The notes under the pieces were generated by a model, which searched no databases, was not told the origin of the DNA, and saw only the letters and a program-made list of their open reading frames with translations. The position numbers and the translations under genes were made by a program. 64,000 nucleotides of DNA, taken from contig CAVUCU010000001.1 in the NCBI GenBank assembly GCA_963740085.1, positions 1,536,001 through 1,600,000 on the forward strand, given 5' to 3'. This stretch comes from Nitrospirota bacterium. Lineage in GTDB: Bacteria; Nitrospirota; UBA9217. Below are positions 21,129-34,399 of this stretch, one piece after another; positions within the stretch are counted from its first letter, which is position 1; every line of letters begins with the position of its first letter.

Positions 21129-23638
21129 GACGCACTGGTATCCTGGCTATCGGAGCTATGGGACGGTTCCGGTACGCTCTTTTCCGGTACGGCTTCTTTC
21201 TCTTCTTCACGCTCCACGAGTTTGGCAAAGCTGACCACATGGTCGCCCTCTTCGATATCGAAAAGGCGCACACCCTGAGTATTCCGGCCCTGGACCGAGA
21301 TGTCCTTTGCCCGGATGCGCAACACCTTGCCATTCGACGTGATGAGAATGATCTCGTCTTCCGCGGAGACCTGGGCCATGCCGATGACCCGGCCGTTCTT
21401 TTCCGTGATCTTGATCGTGATGATGCCCTTGCCGCCCCTGCCCTGGCTCCGGTAGTCTTCGAGTGTACTTCGTTTTCCGTAGCCGTACTCGGTTGCCGTA
21501 AGGATCGTGGAATCATCCCTGACGATCTCCATGCCCACGACCTCATTGCCTTTATCGAGCCGTATCCCGATCACACCCTTGCCCGTGCGGCCGATCTCTC
21601 GCACATCGGTCTCCGAGAACCGGATCGAAAGACCATCCCGTGTGCCAAGGAACACGTCGCATTTGCCGTCCGTCACCTCGGCCGCGATGAGCTCGTCACC
21701 CTCTTCAAGCGTGATCGCGATGATGCCCGACGGCCGCGGATGGCTGTAGGATTCGAGCTCCGTTTTTTTGATGATGCCCTTTTTGGTCGCCATGAGTATG
21801 AAATGACCAGGCGTAAATTCACGGACCGGGAGCGCTGCCGTGACCCGCTCGTCCCGTCCGATCTGAATAAGGTTTACGATTGCCTTCCCCTTTGCCTGCC
21901 TGCTGGCTTCGGGGATCTGGTGAACCTTGAGCCAATATACCCGGCCTTTGTTCGTGAAAAAAAGGATATAGCTGTGAGCCGTGGCCGTAAAGAGACGTTC
22001 CACAAAGTCTTCTTCTTTGGTCTCCATGCCGATCTTGCCCTTGCCGCCCCGTTTCTGTGCGCGGTAGTTCGTCAGCACGTTTCGCTTGATGTATCCCGCA
22101 TGGGAGATGGTAATAACCATCTCCTCGTCTTTGATCAGGTCTTCGATGTCGATCTCCGAGGTCTGCGCCACAATCTCGGTCCGGCGTACATCGCCATACT
22201 CGGACTTTATGGCAAGCAGCTCGTCCCTGATGATCTTCATCACCAGGCCGCCGGAACCGAGGATCTCGGTCAACTTCGCGATTTCCTTCAGCACCTCTTC
22301 ATATTCTGCAATGATCTTGTCGCGCTCAAGTCCGGTGAGCCGCTGGAGCCGCATCTCAAGGATTGCCTGGGCCTGGATCTCCGAGAGCTTGAACTCACGA
22401 ACAAGCCCTATCCTGGCCTCCTCGGGGTTTGCCGACGCCTTGATCAGCGCGATGACCGCATCGAGGTTATCGAGCGCTATTTTAAGACCCAACAGAATGT
22501 GCGCGCGCTCTTCAGCTTTTCTCAGGTCGAACTTGGTCCTGCGCACCACCACTTCCCGGCGATGCTGAATGAAGTTCGACAGGAGCTTGCGCAGATTCAG
22601 CACACGCGGCTGGTTGTTCACCAGGGCGAGCATGATCACCCCGAAGGTCGACTGCATGGCCGTGTGTTTGAAGAGCTGGTTCAGGATAACCGTCGAGAGC
22701 TCTCCTTTTTTGAGGTCGATCGCGATGCGCATGCCTTCGCGGTCCGACTCATCGCGTATCTCGGCAATGCCCGTGATCTTCTTTTCCTGCACAAGCTCGG
22801 CGATCCGCTCGAGCAATCTTGCCTTGTTAACCTGATAGGGAAGTTCGGTCACGATGATGCTCTCGCGGTCCCCCCTGCCTTCTTCGATCACTGCCCGGGC
22901 CCGCATCTGGATGATTCCACGGCCCGTAAGATAGGTCTGTTTGATCCCTTCATAGCCGTGGATAAATCCGGCTGTCGGGAAATCCGGCCCTTTGATCGCG
23001 GTCATGAGCTCGGGGATCGTGACCTCGGTGTTGTCGATCATCATTACGAGCGCGTCGACAACTTCGGACAGGTTGTGCGGCGGAATATTCGTCGCCATGC
23101 CCACGGCAATGCCGGCAGAACCGTTGATGAGCAGATTCGGCACGCGCGTGGGAAGCACCGACGGCTCGACCGTCGTGTCATCGAAATTCGGGGTAAAGTC
23201 AACCGTCTCCTTGTCGATGTCTGCAAGCAGCTCTTCGGCCAATTTGGTGAGTCGCGCTTCGGTATACCGGTACGCTGCAGCCGGGTCGCCATCAACTGAA
23301 CCGAAATTGCCCTGACCGTCCACCAGCGGATAGCGCATGTTGAAGTCCTGGGCCATCCTGACCATGGTGTCATACACCGCGCTGTCTCCGTGAGGATGGT
23401 ACTTCTTCAGGACCTCGCCCACCACCCCGGCGCTCTTTGAATACTTCCTGTTATGCAGAAGCCCTTCACGGAACATGGCGTAAAGGATCCTGCGATGGAC
23501 GGGTTTCAACCCGTCGCGTACATCCGGAAGGGCCCGCCCCACGATGACGCTCATGGAATAATCGAGGTAGGAGGTTTTCATCTCCTGCTCGATATTGATC
23601 TGTGATTTTATTTCCTGAGGTTCCATAAGTCCGTCCAT
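21125..23638 (-). CDS. gyrA: DNA gyrase subunit A
   Basis: [28 protein letters not shown], GyrA-box QKRGGKG. Confidence 0.98.
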   Translation of the reverse strand: MDGLMEPQEIKSQINIEQEMKTSYLDYSMSVIVGRALPDVRDGLKPVHRRILYAMFREGLLHNRKYSKSAGVVGEVLKKYHPHGDSAVYDTMVRMAQDFNMRYPLVDGQGNFGSVDGDPAAAYRYTEARLTKLAEELLADIDKETVDFTPNFDDTTVEPSVLPTRVPNLLINGSAGIAVGMATNIPPHNLSEVVDALVMMIDNTEVTIPELMTAIKGPDFPTAGFIHGYEGIKQTYLTGRGIIQMRARAVIEEGRGDRESIIVTELPYQVNKARLLERIAELVQEKKITGIAEIRDESDREGMRIAIDLKKGELSTVILNQLFKHTAMQSTFGVIMLALVNNQPRVLNLRKLLSNFIQHRREVVVRRTKFDLRKAEERAHILLGLKIALDNLDAVIALIKASANPEEARIGLVREFKLSEIQAQAILEMRLQRLTGLERDKIIAEYEEVLKEIAKLTEILGSGGLVMKIIRDELLAIKSEYGDVRRTEIVAQTSEIDIEDLIKDEEMVITISHAGYIKRNVLTNYRAQKRGGKGKIGMETKEEDFVERLFTATAHSYILFFTNKGRVYWLKVHQIPEASRQAKGKAIVNLIQIGRDERVTAALPVREFTPGHFILMATKKGIIKKTELESYSHPRPSGIIAITLEEGDELIAAEVTDGKCDVFLGTRDGLSIRFSETDVREIGRTGKGVIGIRLDKGNEVVGMEIVRDDSTILTATEYGYGKRSTLEDYRSQGRGGKGIITIKITEKNGRVIGMAQVSAEDEIILITSNGKVLRIRAKDISVQGRNTQGVRLFDIEEGDHVVSFAKLVEREEEKEAVPEKSVPEPSHSSDSQDTSAS

Positions 23639-23639
23639 T

Positions 23640-23719
23640 GAGCCTTACGAGTCTGATGGGTCTAAAGAGCTGGATTTTAACTCGTTAGACACGTGAGACC
23701 CTTTAGACTCTCGACTCGT
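23640..23719. repeat. 9-mer-periodic palindromic element, copy 6 (gyrB-gyrA spacer)
   Basis: GAGCCTTAC/GAGTCTGAT/GGGTCTAAA/GAGC ... ACTCGTTAG/ACACGTGAG/ACCCTTTAG/ACTC. Confidence 0.65.
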
Positions 23720-26146
<2,427 letters not shown>

Positions 26147-26182
26147 TTACCGCACCATGCGGAGCAATCCCTCGCCGAACGA

Positions 26183-26266
26183 CAAACGCTAAATCTGAAA
26201 CTCTAAATCCTAATATATGCAAATGCATCTTGTTGTTTAGGATTTCGTGCTTAGAAATTCGGACTT
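26183..26266. repeat. 7-mer-periodic palindromic intergenic element
   Basis: AAACGCT/AAATCTG/AAACTCT/AAATCCT ... AGGATTT/CGTGCTT/AGAAATT/CGGACTT. Confidence 0.65.
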
Positions 26267-26273
26267 GTTATCC

Positions 26274-27389
26274 TTACACTCTCATCGGCATCACAACGCA
26301 CTTGTAGTTTTCGTCGCCCTCTTCAGTTATCAGGCAAGGGCTCAGTGCATCGCTCAGTTCAAGAGAGATGATCTCCCGGTCCATGGCCAAAAGCACATCC
26401 ATGAGATAGCGCGAGTTGAACCCGATCGCGATCGACTCTCCCTTGTAATCCACCGCCATCTCTTCATTTGCCTCACCCACTTCCGGATTGTTCGTGGAGA
26501 GAATGAGCCGGCCCGGATCGAGCTGCAGCTTCACGGCGTTGGTCTTTTCCTTGGAAAGGATCGAAACGCGCTTCACCGCGTGTGTGAATGCGTCCTTGGA
26601 CACGGAGACCTTCTTCGTGCTCTTCGCGGGCACAACCTGGAGATAGTTTGGATAGTTGCCGTCTATGAGCTTTGATACCATGATAAGTCCATCGCGCTTG
26701 AACAGCGCGTGGTTCTTGCTGAATCCCAGGCGGAGCTCCGCCTTCGGCGCATCTTCCTCAAGGAGCCGTCGGAGCTCCACCATCGCCTTTTTGGGGATGA
26801 TGACGCTCTCTTCCTTGTGTTTTTCGTCCACCACCCGGTCGACCATCGAAAGCCGGTGTCCGTCGGTACCAACCATACGGATGTTGAGACCGCTCTTGGA
26901 CTGGGTCATATGGACAAAGAGGCCGTTCAGTACATACCGCGCATCGTTCTCGCCCACGGCGTAGAGCGTCTTCTTGATCATGTCGCGCAAGGTATCGCCT
27001 TCGATGATGATCATGCCTTCTTCCGCAACATCCGGGAGCGCGGGGTACTCGTCCCTGGGTAAGCCGACCAGCTTGAACTGTGAGTGGCCTGTTTGTATCT
27101 TTACCCAGTTGTTGTCTTCGACTTTGATCTGGATGTCCTCTGCCGGGAGCTCCCGTACGATCTCATACATCTTTTTCGCCGACACGGTGACAGAGCCGGG
27201 CTTCTCCACCACCGCCGCATATCGTCCGCGCAACCCGATCTCAAGGTCCGTCGCGATGATCTCGACGCCGCTGGTGTCGGCAATGAGGAGCATGTTCGAA
27301 AGAATGGGCATGGTGTTCTTCTTTTCCACGACACCTTGAATCCTCTGTAACCCCTTCAGAATTTCCTCTTTTTTTATTGTCAGTTTCAT
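26274..27389 (-). CDS. dnaN: DNA polymerase III beta sliding clamp
   Basis: ATDLE, R..LNG, TDGHRL, LIDG.YPNY, GFN..YL.D, terminal VMPMRV. Confidence 0.98.
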   Translation of the reverse strand: MKLTIKKEEILKGLQRIQGVVEKKNTMPILSNMLLIADTSGVEIIATDLEIGLRGRYAAVVEKPGSVTVSAKKMYEIVRELPAEDIQIKVEDNNWVKIQTGHSQFKLVGLPRDEYPALPDVAEEGMIIIEGDTLRDMIKKTLYAVGENDARYVLNGLFVHMTQSKSGLNIRMVGTDGHRLSMVDRVVDEKHKEESVIIPKKAMVELRRLLEEDAPKAELRLGFSKNHALFKRDGLIMVSKLIDGNYPNYLQVVPAKSTKKVSVSKDAFTHAVKRVSILSKEKTNAVKLQLDPGRLILSTNNPEVGEANEEMAVDYKGESIAIGFNSRYLMDVLLAMDREIISLELSDALSPCLITEEGDENYKCVVMPMRV

Positions 27390-27476
27390 CAGGAACGCCT
27401 CCTGTTACAACTTCGAAATTCTATCAGAATCCCTCTTAAAAAGCAATTAAATTATTTGGTGTATTGTTTATTCTTT

Positions 27477-28808
27477 TCAATGTCTTAGCTGCTTAATTAA
27501 CATCTCTACCTTGGCTTTTAATTCCGGGTCTTTTTCTTTTTTTTCTTCGATCACTTTGCATGCGTGGATAACGGTGCTGTGGTCCTTGCCGCCAAAAAAA
27601 TTGCCGATTTCCGGAAGCGATGATCCGGCGAGACTTCGGCAAAGATACATGGCTACCTGGCGCGGCAGTACCACCGCCCTGGTGCGGCGTTTCGATTTGA
27701 GATCAGAAATCTTCACGCCGAACGCTTCGGACACGACTTTCTGCACCAGCTCGTTGGTAATGACCCGTTCACGGCTGTCAAGAAGGTACTTAAGCTCATT
27801 TTTGGCAAGTTCCTGAGTTATCTCGGTGTTCGTAAGCGATGAGACAGCGCCGAGCTTCACCAGGCCTCCTTCGAGCTCCCGGATGTTGCTCTTCATCATC
27901 AAGGCAAGAAATTCCGCAACGTCATCGGGCAGGCGTATGCTCCAGAACTCCGCCTTTTTCTTCAGGATCGCGATCCGGGTTTCAAGGTCGGGCAGCTGAA
28001 TGTCCGTTATCAGGCCGGACTCAAAACGCGAACGGAGCCGTTCTTCGATATCAGGAATTTCCTTGGGTTGCCGGTCGCTGGTGAGCACGATCTGCTTCTG
28101 AGCTTCATAAAGAGTGTTGAATGTATGAAAAAATTCCTCTTGGGTCCTCTCTTTGCCGGCAATAAACTGAATATCATCAATGAGCAGAACATCCATGTTC
28201 CGATATTTCTGACGGAACTCCTCCATCCGCTGATGACTCATTTTGTTGATAAGTTCGTTCGTGAACTGCTCGGACGAGAGATACGCAACTTTAGTTCGCG
28301 GTGACTTGCTCTGAATGTGGTGGCCGATAGCGTTCACGAGATGTGTCTTGCCCAACCCGACGCCGCTGTAAATAAAGAGCGGATTGTACGACCGGCCCGG
28401 CGCGTCCGCCACAGCTCTGGCCGCGGCGTGCGCAAATTGGTTGCTGGGGCCAACGACAAAATTGGTAAAGGTATACTTTTTTTCGAAAAGGCCTATCTTG
28501 TCCTCGCGGCCCTCTTTTTTTTCTTCTTTTGCATGACGAACAGCTTTTTTCACCGTCACTTGGGGCTGGACAAAAAAATCGATTTCCATGTCCTCTCGCT
28601 TCGTAACTTCCTTGATGACATCGGAAAGAGTGCTCCAATGATGCTCTTTTATCCAGTCCCGATGAAACTTACTCGGGACCTCGATCTGTATCTTACTGCC
28701 ATCGATTGACAGGAGCTTCGACTGACTAAACCAGGTGTCATAACCCTGCTTGGACATTCGGTTTTCTATGAGCAATAGTATCTCTTCCCAAACACGTTCC
28801 TGATCCAT
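27477..28808 (-). CDS. dnaA: chromosomal replication initiator DnaA
   Basis: YNPLFIY.GVGLGKTHL, LLIDDIQF, RLRSRF, NIRELEG, GGKDHSTV. Confidence 0.98.
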   Translation of the reverse strand: MDQERVWEEILLLIENRMSKQGYDTWFSQSKLLSIDGSKIQIEVPSKFHRDWIKEHHWSTLSDVIKEVTKREDMEIDFFVQPQVTVKKAVRHAKEEKKEGREDKIGLFEKKYTFTNFVVGPSNQFAHAAARAVADAPGRSYNPLFIYSGVGLGKTHLVNAIGHHIQSKSPRTKVAYLSSEQFTNELINKMSHQRMEEFRQKYRNMDVLLIDDIQFIAGKERTQEEFFHTFNTLYEAQKQIVLTSDRQPKEIPDIEERLRSRFESGLITDIQLPDLETRIAILKKKAEFWSIRLPDDVAEFLALMMKSNIRELEGGLVKLGAVSSLTNTEITQELAKNELKYLLDSRERVITNELVQKVVSEAFGVKISDLKSKRRTRAVVLPRQVAMYLCRSLAGSSLPEIGNFFGGKDHSTVIHACKVIEEKKEKDPELKAKVEMLIKQLRH

Positions 28809-28854
28809 ACATACCCCAAAATACCCCGAAAAACCGCCCTAGTTACAAACATGC

Positions 28855-29079
28855 TTATCCACAGGTGTGGACAATGTGTTTTTTTATTAATTTTCCTGTA
28901 GTTACTACTTCATGCGGAGGCTTATCGTCCGCTTTTCGATGCCCTATTTTTACGAGTTTTTGTGTATTGCTGCCTAACCGAGCCTAGCATGCATCTTGCT
29001 AGTCTGTTCTGAACGCCGCATGCGAACGTGGCAGACTATACCAGAACACAGGCCTTCTGGCAAGGTATTTTTATCCACA
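28855..29079. promoter_or_regulatory. DnaA boxes upstream of dnaA
   Basis: TTATCCACA at 28855 and 29071; TGTGGACAA at 28866. Confidence 0.75.
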
Positions 29080-29234
29080 TTGTCCCCCTGTTCTCCCGCC
29101 TCCTCGGTATTGTTCTGTGTCAAAAACATGCCTGGTAAACTGACATATCACGAACCATGAATTAAGCACAGCAGATTAAAAATCATCAATCTCCCGATTG
29201 TTTCTTGCGCTCTTCTCCATGATAATATAATTGC

Positions 29235-29262
29235 TTGACATTGCAACTATCAATAGTATAAT
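29235..29262 (+). promoter_or_regulatory. sigma70-type promoter for tusA-dsrE2
   Basis: TTGACA-16 nt-TATAAT. Confidence 0.6.
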
Positions 29263-29315
29263 ATAACAGTCGTTTCAAACGACGAGTTGTTTTCTATTTT
29301 TCGGAGGTGACGGAT

Positions 29316-29558
29316 ATGTCAGAAGATATAAAGTTTGATCAGTTTTTAGATGCAAAGGGAATGAGCTGCCCGCTGCCGATTTTAAAAACAAAAAAAGCAG
29401 TGGACGCACTTTCAAAGGACCAGGTTCTCAAGGTAGAGTCCACGGATGCCGGTTCAAAGAACGATATGGCATCATGGGCAAAAAGAACAGGTAATGTGAT
29501 CCTGAAAACAGAGGAAGCATCGGGCACGTATACCTTCTACATTAGAAAAACCACCTAA
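29316..29558 (+). CDS. tusA: TusA family sulfur carrier
   Basis: LDAKGMSCPLP motif, about 80 aa, GGAGG RBS. Confidence 0.85.
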   Translation: MSEDIKFDQFLDAKGMSCPLPILKTKKAVDALSKDQVLKVESTDAGSKNDMASWAKRTGNVILKTEEASGTYTFYIRKTT

Positions 29559-29573
29559 GGAGAACACAATATC

Positions 29574-30047
29574 ATGGCAAACAAAAAATTGACGATCATC
29601 GCGTCCAAAGGCTCACTGGATATGGCCTACCCGCCATTGATCCTCGCCACCACTGCCGCGTCGATGGATGTCGATACAACGATCTTCTTCACCTTTTACG
29701 GACTGGAGATCATCAAAAAGGGCAACGCAGACAAGCTGAAGATCTCTCCCCTCGGAAATCCTGCCATGCCGATGCCCATGCCGATCCCGACGCTGATTTC
29801 GTCACTGCCGGGCATGGAGGCCATGGCGACCGCCATGATGAAGTCCATGTTCAATAAACACGGCGTGGCGACCATCGGCCAGTTGCTCGATCTTGCCAAG
29901 GAGGCGGGTGTAAAGCTCATCGCCTGCCAGATGACCATGGATGTAATGGGTGTAAAGCAGTCAGACATCATCGACGGCGTTGAGTTCGGTGGTGCGGCGG
30001 CATGGCTGGATGAGGCGGCAGACTCCCAGATCAATCTCTTCATCTGA
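29574..30047 (+). CDS. DsrE2-like (DsrE/DsrF/DrsH) sulfur-relay protein
   Basis: KG.LD.AYPP.ILA.TAA, FFTFYGL, IACQMTMD, G.A..L. Confidence 0.8.
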   Translation: MANKKLTIIASKGSLDMAYPPLILATTAASMDVDTTIFFTFYGLEIIKKGNADKLKISPLGNPAMPMPMPIPTLISSLPGMEAMATAMMKSMFNKHGVATIGQLLDLAKEAGVKLIACQMTMDVMGVKQSDIIDGVEFGGAAAWLDEAADSQINLFI

Positions 30048-30089
30048 AAAAAGACCCTCTTCTTTCAATCCACGTCAGCCTTAACAACT

Positions 30090-30123
30090 AAACCGGTTCC
30101 GCCCAGGGACCGGTTTGTTTTTT
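30090..30123 (+). terminator. intrinsic terminator after dsrE2
   Basis: AAACCGGTTCC-loop-GGGACCGGTTT followed by T run. Confidence 0.6.
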
Positions 30124-30178
30124 CTCTTTTTTTTCTCTCCTCTGGACTTTTCCGCCGGTTTATGATAAAAATCCCTCT

Positions 30179-30523
30179 ATGCTGATTCCCGATAACCTGA
30201 AGTACGACGACAAGGGACTGATACCCGCAATCATCCAGGATTGGAAGACGAATGAGGTTTTGATGATGGCGTACATGAACGCCGCGTCGCTGCAAAAAAC
30301 CGTTGCGACCGGCCTCACCTGGTATTGGAGCCGCTCACGACAGAAGTTCTGGCAAAAGGGCGAGACCTCCGGCCATATTCAGCGCGTTAAGGAAATTCTC
30401 TACGATTGCGATCAAGACACGCTGCTCATCAAGGTAGAACAGACCGGGCCTGCCTGTCATACAGGAGAGCGGTCCTGCTTTTTCAGAAGCTTTGCCGGCG
30501 ATTCGCAAGGAGAAAAAAAATGA
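30179..30523 (+). CDS. hisI: phosphoribosyl-AMP cyclohydrolase
   Basis: [35 protein letters not shown]. Confidence 0.95.
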   Translation: MLIPDNLKYDDKGLIPAIIQDWKTNEVLMMAYMNAASLQKTVATGLTWYWSRSRQKFWQKGETSGHIQRVKEILYDCDQDTLLIKVEQTGPACHTGERSCFFRSFAGDSQGEKK

Positions 30524-30873
30524 GCCTGGCCTCAAACTGCCTGTTTTGCAGGATCATCGAGAAAAAGATCCCCGCAAAGATCGTCCACGAGGACGAATAC
30601 TCGATCGCTTTTGAGGACCTCAACCCCCAGGCGCCGGTCCATACGCTCATTGTGCCGAAAAAACATATCGCAGATATTCACAGTCTCGTTGTCACGGACC
30701 GCGAAATCATCGGGCACTTGTTCTTTGTTGCCAAGACCCTTGCTTCCCAGCAGGGGCTCGATAAGGGTGGTTATCGGATGGTCATCAATAACGGGCAGGA
30801 TGCCGGCCAGTCTGTTTTCCATGTTCATCTTCATCTGTTATCCGGCCGCAAATTCGCGTGGCCTCCGGGTTAA
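30520..30873 (+). CDS. hinT: histidine triad nucleotide-binding protein
   Basis: [30 protein letters not shown] end. Confidence 0.9.
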   Translation: MSLASNCLFCRIIEKKIPAKIVHEDEYSIAFEDLNPQAPVHTLIVPKKHIADIHSLVVTDREIIGHLFFVAKTLASQQGLDKGGYRMVINNGQDAGQSVFHVHLHLLSGRKFAWPPG

Positions 30874-30889
30874 TAAACTGCTAACATTT

Positions 30890-31120
30890 TCCTGTGAATG
30901 TTTTATTGATAAACTGTGTACAAGATTTCATACATGGTTATCAACACCGTTATCCTCTTTTGAACACAGAACTGACCGGTGTTTGTCCCTTCTCTATTCA
31001 TCTTTTTTATCAGTACCTTTTTCCCTTTTCTCACATATCAACAGCTCCTACTACTACTGCTACTAATTTATTTAATATATAATAATAGTAATTAAGACGA
31101 AATACCAGAAGATGGATAAC
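30890..31120. other. putative oriC unwinding region (DnaA boxes, DnaA-trios, AT-rich tract)
   Basis: DnaA-box-like 9-mers at 30915, 30938, 30960, 31027 and 31035, then GCTC, CTA-CTA-CTA-CTG-CTA-CTA (31048-31065) and an AT-rich tract at 31066-31095. Confidence 0.75.
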
Positions 31121-31342
31121 TTCAGCCAAACGAGTTATTTTACAAAAAGCAGTCCATTAAAAAAAATAATTGGATATATATTCGAACCGGTGGTATCTTG
31201 ATTCGCATGATGGCTCTTGCATCAGCAGGAGAATCAAAGCAGTTAAAAAAATCGAGCAATGAAAAAGAGGCCGTTTTAAAACAGTGCGTGTTTGCTCAAA
31301 GAAAAAGTATACTATAATCGGCAGTGAAACCAGGAGGAGTCA

Positions 31343-31711
31343 ATGGAAAACAAGGAATTCGTATTTGTCATCACCCATTCGTATGACGCGATCGAACGTG
31401 CAGCAGCAGCACTCCAGCTCGCAACCAACATGGCGGCTTTTGATGCCAAGATCGACTTTTTTTTAATGAACGAAGGGGTCCATCTGGCGCGCAGAGGATT
31501 TGCTGAATCCGTAACATGGCAACATGGGTTCTCACCGATCGCAGAACTTATGAAAAGCCTGGTGGAAGATTTTGACTGCAAATTTTATATTTGTGCATCC
31601 TGTGTGAAGCCATATGGTCTTGAGGGTGCGGAATGGATCAAGAATTCAGAGGTTAAGCCGGGCTCCTTTCTTGGAGAACTCCTCATGAAACGTCAGAACG
31701 TGACGTTCTGA
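31343..31711 (+). CDS. DsrE family protein
   Basis: FFLMNEGVHL, FYICASC...YG motif, about 120 aa. Confidence 0.7.
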   Translation: MENKEFVFVITHSYDAIERAAAALQLATNMAAFDAKIDFFLMNEGVHLARRGFAESVTWQHGFSPIAELMKSLVEDFDCKFYICASCVKPYGLEGAEWIKNSEVKPGSFLGELLMKRQNVTF

Positions 31712-31731
31712 TACACCGTACAGGGAAAACC

Positions 31732-31941
31732 GTGAACGATTATTACCTGGAAAACAAAGAGGTTATTGAGTTGCACGACCTCTTGAAAGTCCTGGGATTG
31801 TGCAATAGCGGGGGCATGGCAAAGACCGCGATCGCAGCGGGTTCTGTGAAGGTAGATGGAAACGTGGAATTGCGCAAACGATGTAAAATACGGAGAGGTC
31901 AAATCGTTGAATTTCAAGGACGGAAAATTAATGTTATCTGA
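31732..31941 (+). CDS. S4-domain RNA-binding protein (YbcJ/YaaA-like)
   Basis: IEL..LLK..GL..SGG.AK..I..G.V.VDG.VE.RKR.KI..G. Confidence 0.85.
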   Translation: MNDYYLENKEVIELHDLLKVLGLCNSGGMAKTAIAAGSVKVDGNVELRKRCKIRRGQIVEFQGRKINVI

Positions 31942-32007
31942 GGAACGACAACTGTATCAGTACACATCATGCACGAACGGAGCCCAAATCCTGGTATATA
32001 AGCGCGC

Positions 32008-32583
32008 ATGAAGAATATTGCAAATTTTCTTTTCGAAGCAGGCATGCTGAAGCGCACGCCCCGAAGCGGATTTCAATTCCTCGGCACCGGAGCCGAGTCG
32101 GTGGCCGAGCACATCTTCCGCACAACGTACATCGGCTACGCGCTCGGAAAAATTGCCTCAGGGGTCAATGTAGACCGGATGATAAAAATGTGCCTGTTCC
32201 ACGATCTGCCGGAAGCGCGGACCGGCGACCTCAATTATGTGAACAAAAAATATGTACAGGCCAATGAGAAAAAAGCGGTCGAGGATCTGACGCAGACATT
32301 GTCCTTCGGCAACGAGATCAAGGAGCTCATCCAGGAGTTCGTCGAAGGAAAGACCGTGGAAGCGCAATTGGCACGCGATGCCGACCAACTGGAGATGATC
32401 CTCGCGCTCAAAGAATATAAGGACCTTGGAAACAAGTATGCGGACGAGTGGCTTGAGTTCTCGCTCAAACGACTGCAGACGTCCTCAGCACGGGAACTCG
32501 CGAAGACGGTCCTGGAAACCGACTCATCGCTGTGGTGGTTCAGTGACAAGGGCGACTGGTGGGTCAGCGGCGGCAAGCGATGA
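32008..32583 (+). CDS. HD-domain phosphohydrolase (5'-deoxynucleotidase-like)
   Basis: LKR.PRSG, ESVAEH, HDLPEARTGD, DAD.LE. Confidence 0.85.
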   Translation: MKNIANFLFEAGMLKRTPRSGFQFLGTGAESVAEHIFRTTYIGYALGKIASGVNVDRMIKMCLFHDLPEARTGDLNYVNKKYVQANEKKAVEDLTQTLSFGNEIKELIQEFVEGKTVEAQLARDADQLEMILALKEYKDLGNKYADEWLEFSLKRLQTSSARELAKTVLETDSSLWWFSDKGDWWVSGGKR

Positions 32584-33222
32584 TAAGTTCTCATAAGTTT
32601 CTGGCGGTGTCATGTCCGCCGGAACATTGATCCGATAAAGAGTACATCCCCGTTGTGTGTAATGATCGACGAGCGGCGTTGTTCGTTCCCGGAAAATCGA
32701 CAGTTTTTTCTCGATCAATTCCAAGTTGTCATCGACTCGCTCTGTTCTGTCCCCCCCGATATTATCCTGAATACGACGAACAACATCATTTGGAGAACAG
32801 TCCAGAACAATAACTGCGTGGATCTCGGCAATTGCTGCGATATCCCGAGCCTGCCCCCGGTGACGCGGTATCCCATTCAGGACGAGCACATCGCGCTTGG
32901 AGAATCCGACCCTGTCCAGATACAGGGATATGATCTTTTCCGCGAGGGGGAAGTGCTCGTTCTCGAGCAGGAGGCCGAGCTTGAGAACGACGTGAATGAA
33001 ATCGAGCTCCTCTTTCGCATAGGCGATTGACCGACCGCCGGAAACAGCTCCTCTTAGCTCAGACCCGAAATCGAGGTGATGACACCGTCGTCCAAAAAGT
33101 CCTTTCTGCGCAACGACGTCACCGAGCGGGCTCTTACCTACACCGGTGGGGCCGAGGAGGAGGATCGAGTTAACCGGGAAGGTGTAAGAAGCCGTATTTT
33201 CGGATATAAAGTTATGTGACAT
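32524..33222 (-). CDS. adenylate/nucleoside-monophosphate kinase-like protein
   Basis: P-loop GPTGVGKS, LNG.PR...QA, R.DD; start uncertain. Confidence 0.65.
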   Translation of the reverse strand: MSHNFISENTASYTFPVNSILLLGPTGVGKSPLGDVVAQKGLFGRRCHHLDFGSELRGAVSGGRSIAYAKEELDFIHVVLKLGLLLENEHFPLAEKIISLYLDRVGFSKRDVLVLNGIPRHRGQARDIAAIAEIHAVIVLDCSPNDVVRRIQDNIGGDRTERVDDNLELIEKKLSIFRERTTPLVDHYTQRGCTLYRINVPADMTPPETYENLSSLAAADPPVALVTEPPQR

Positions 33223-34264
33223 GAGAGGCCTCGATGACCCCGCCGCCGATAACGCTGTCGCCGTCATAAAAAACCGCGGCCTGGCCGGGGCAGACGCCCC
33301 GGACCCGTGTCTTGAACACGACGCGAACCGTGTCAGCGACAGGCGGTTCTATCACTGCCGGGACAAAAGGTGATCGATACCGGACCTTGACGGTGACATT
33401 CACGGGAAACGGAAGCTCATCATTGCCTATAAAATTGAGGTTCGAAACCACCATGCTGTCGGTTTGGAGCTCTGACAGTTTTCCGAGGATGACCCTGTTT
33501 GCGCTATTATCGATTCCGACCACATAGAGCCGTTCGCCTGCTGCAACGCCGAGCTTTCGTCGCTGTCCCACGGTAAAGAACGCGATGCCATCGTGTTTTC
33601 CAACGGCCTTTCCATCGGTCGTTACTATCTCGCCGGACCGAAGTGCCGCCCGGCAATGTTCTTTCAGGAATGAGCGATAATCATTGTTCGGTACGAAACA
33701 GATATCCTGGCTCTCCGGTCGCTCCGCAGCAGGAAGCGTGAGATTGCGCGCAAGCGCCCTCACCTCCGTCTTGAGCATACCGCCGAGCGGAAAGAGCACG
33801 TCTTTCATCTGGTCCTGCGTAAGTCGGTAAAGAAAGTAGCTCTGGTCCTTTTGTTCATCCGAACCTTTTTTCAGGACAGAGCGGGCTGCGGCTGCATCGT
33901 ATTCGATACGGGCGTAATGTCCGGTTGCGAGATGCTGAAAACCATTTGCGCGGGCATAGCGCAGGAGAAGGCGGAATTTGATAAGGTCATTGCATTTGAT
34001 GCAAGGGTTCGGCGTGCGGCCGTGTCGGTACTCGGAGATAAAGTCGCTGATAATGTCGCGGGAAAATTCCGCCTGCGCATCGATGATGCGGTGCGGGATG
34101 TTCAGGTGGCCGCAGACCCCCTGCGCCGAGCCGACATCGCAGCACAGCCCGGCTGTAAGTTTCAGGGTAACACCTTCAACTTCATACCCCTGTTTCTGCA
34201 GGAGCGCGGCGGTCACCGAGCTGTCAACACCGCCGCTCATTGCCACGAGAACACGCTTTGTCAT
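33212..34264 (-). CDS. mnmA: tRNA 2-thiouridine(34) synthase
   Basis: AMSGGVDSSV, TPNPC..CN, ATGHYAR, KDQSYFL, ESQDICF, TVGQRR, PGQAAVFY. Confidence 0.95.
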   Translation of the reverse strand: MTKRVLVAMSGGVDSSVTAALLQKQGYEVEGVTLKLTAGLCCDVGSAQGVCGHLNIPHRIIDAQAEFSRDIISDFISEYRHGRTPNPCIKCNDLIKFRLLLRYARANGFQHLATGHYARIEYDAAAARSVLKKGSDEQKDQSYFLYRLTQDQMKDVLFPLGGMLKTEVRALARNLTLPAAERPESQDICFVPNNDYRSFLKEHCRAALRSGEIVTTDGKAVGKHDGIAFFTVGQRRKLGVAAGERLYVVGIDNSANRVILGKLSELQTDSMVVSNLNFIGNDELPFPVNVTVKVRYRSPFVPAVIEPPVADTVRVVFKTRVRGVCPGQAAVFYDGDSVIGGGVIEASHVT

Positions 34265-34399
34265 ATCAAGTCATCTATCATATAAGGGCCTTGTCTCCCA
34301 AGAGTAGAACAACAGCAGAAGTTGTTGTCTGTTTGCTCTCGATGAACTTTGCGAGAAACAGTCCCTCGCCCTTTTTTCCGCGCGAACGATTGTCGTCAT

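Noticed and set aside
21158-23299. 713-aa plus-strand ORF
   Set aside because: Antisense shadow of gyrA, expected from GC-rich codon bias; no motifs.
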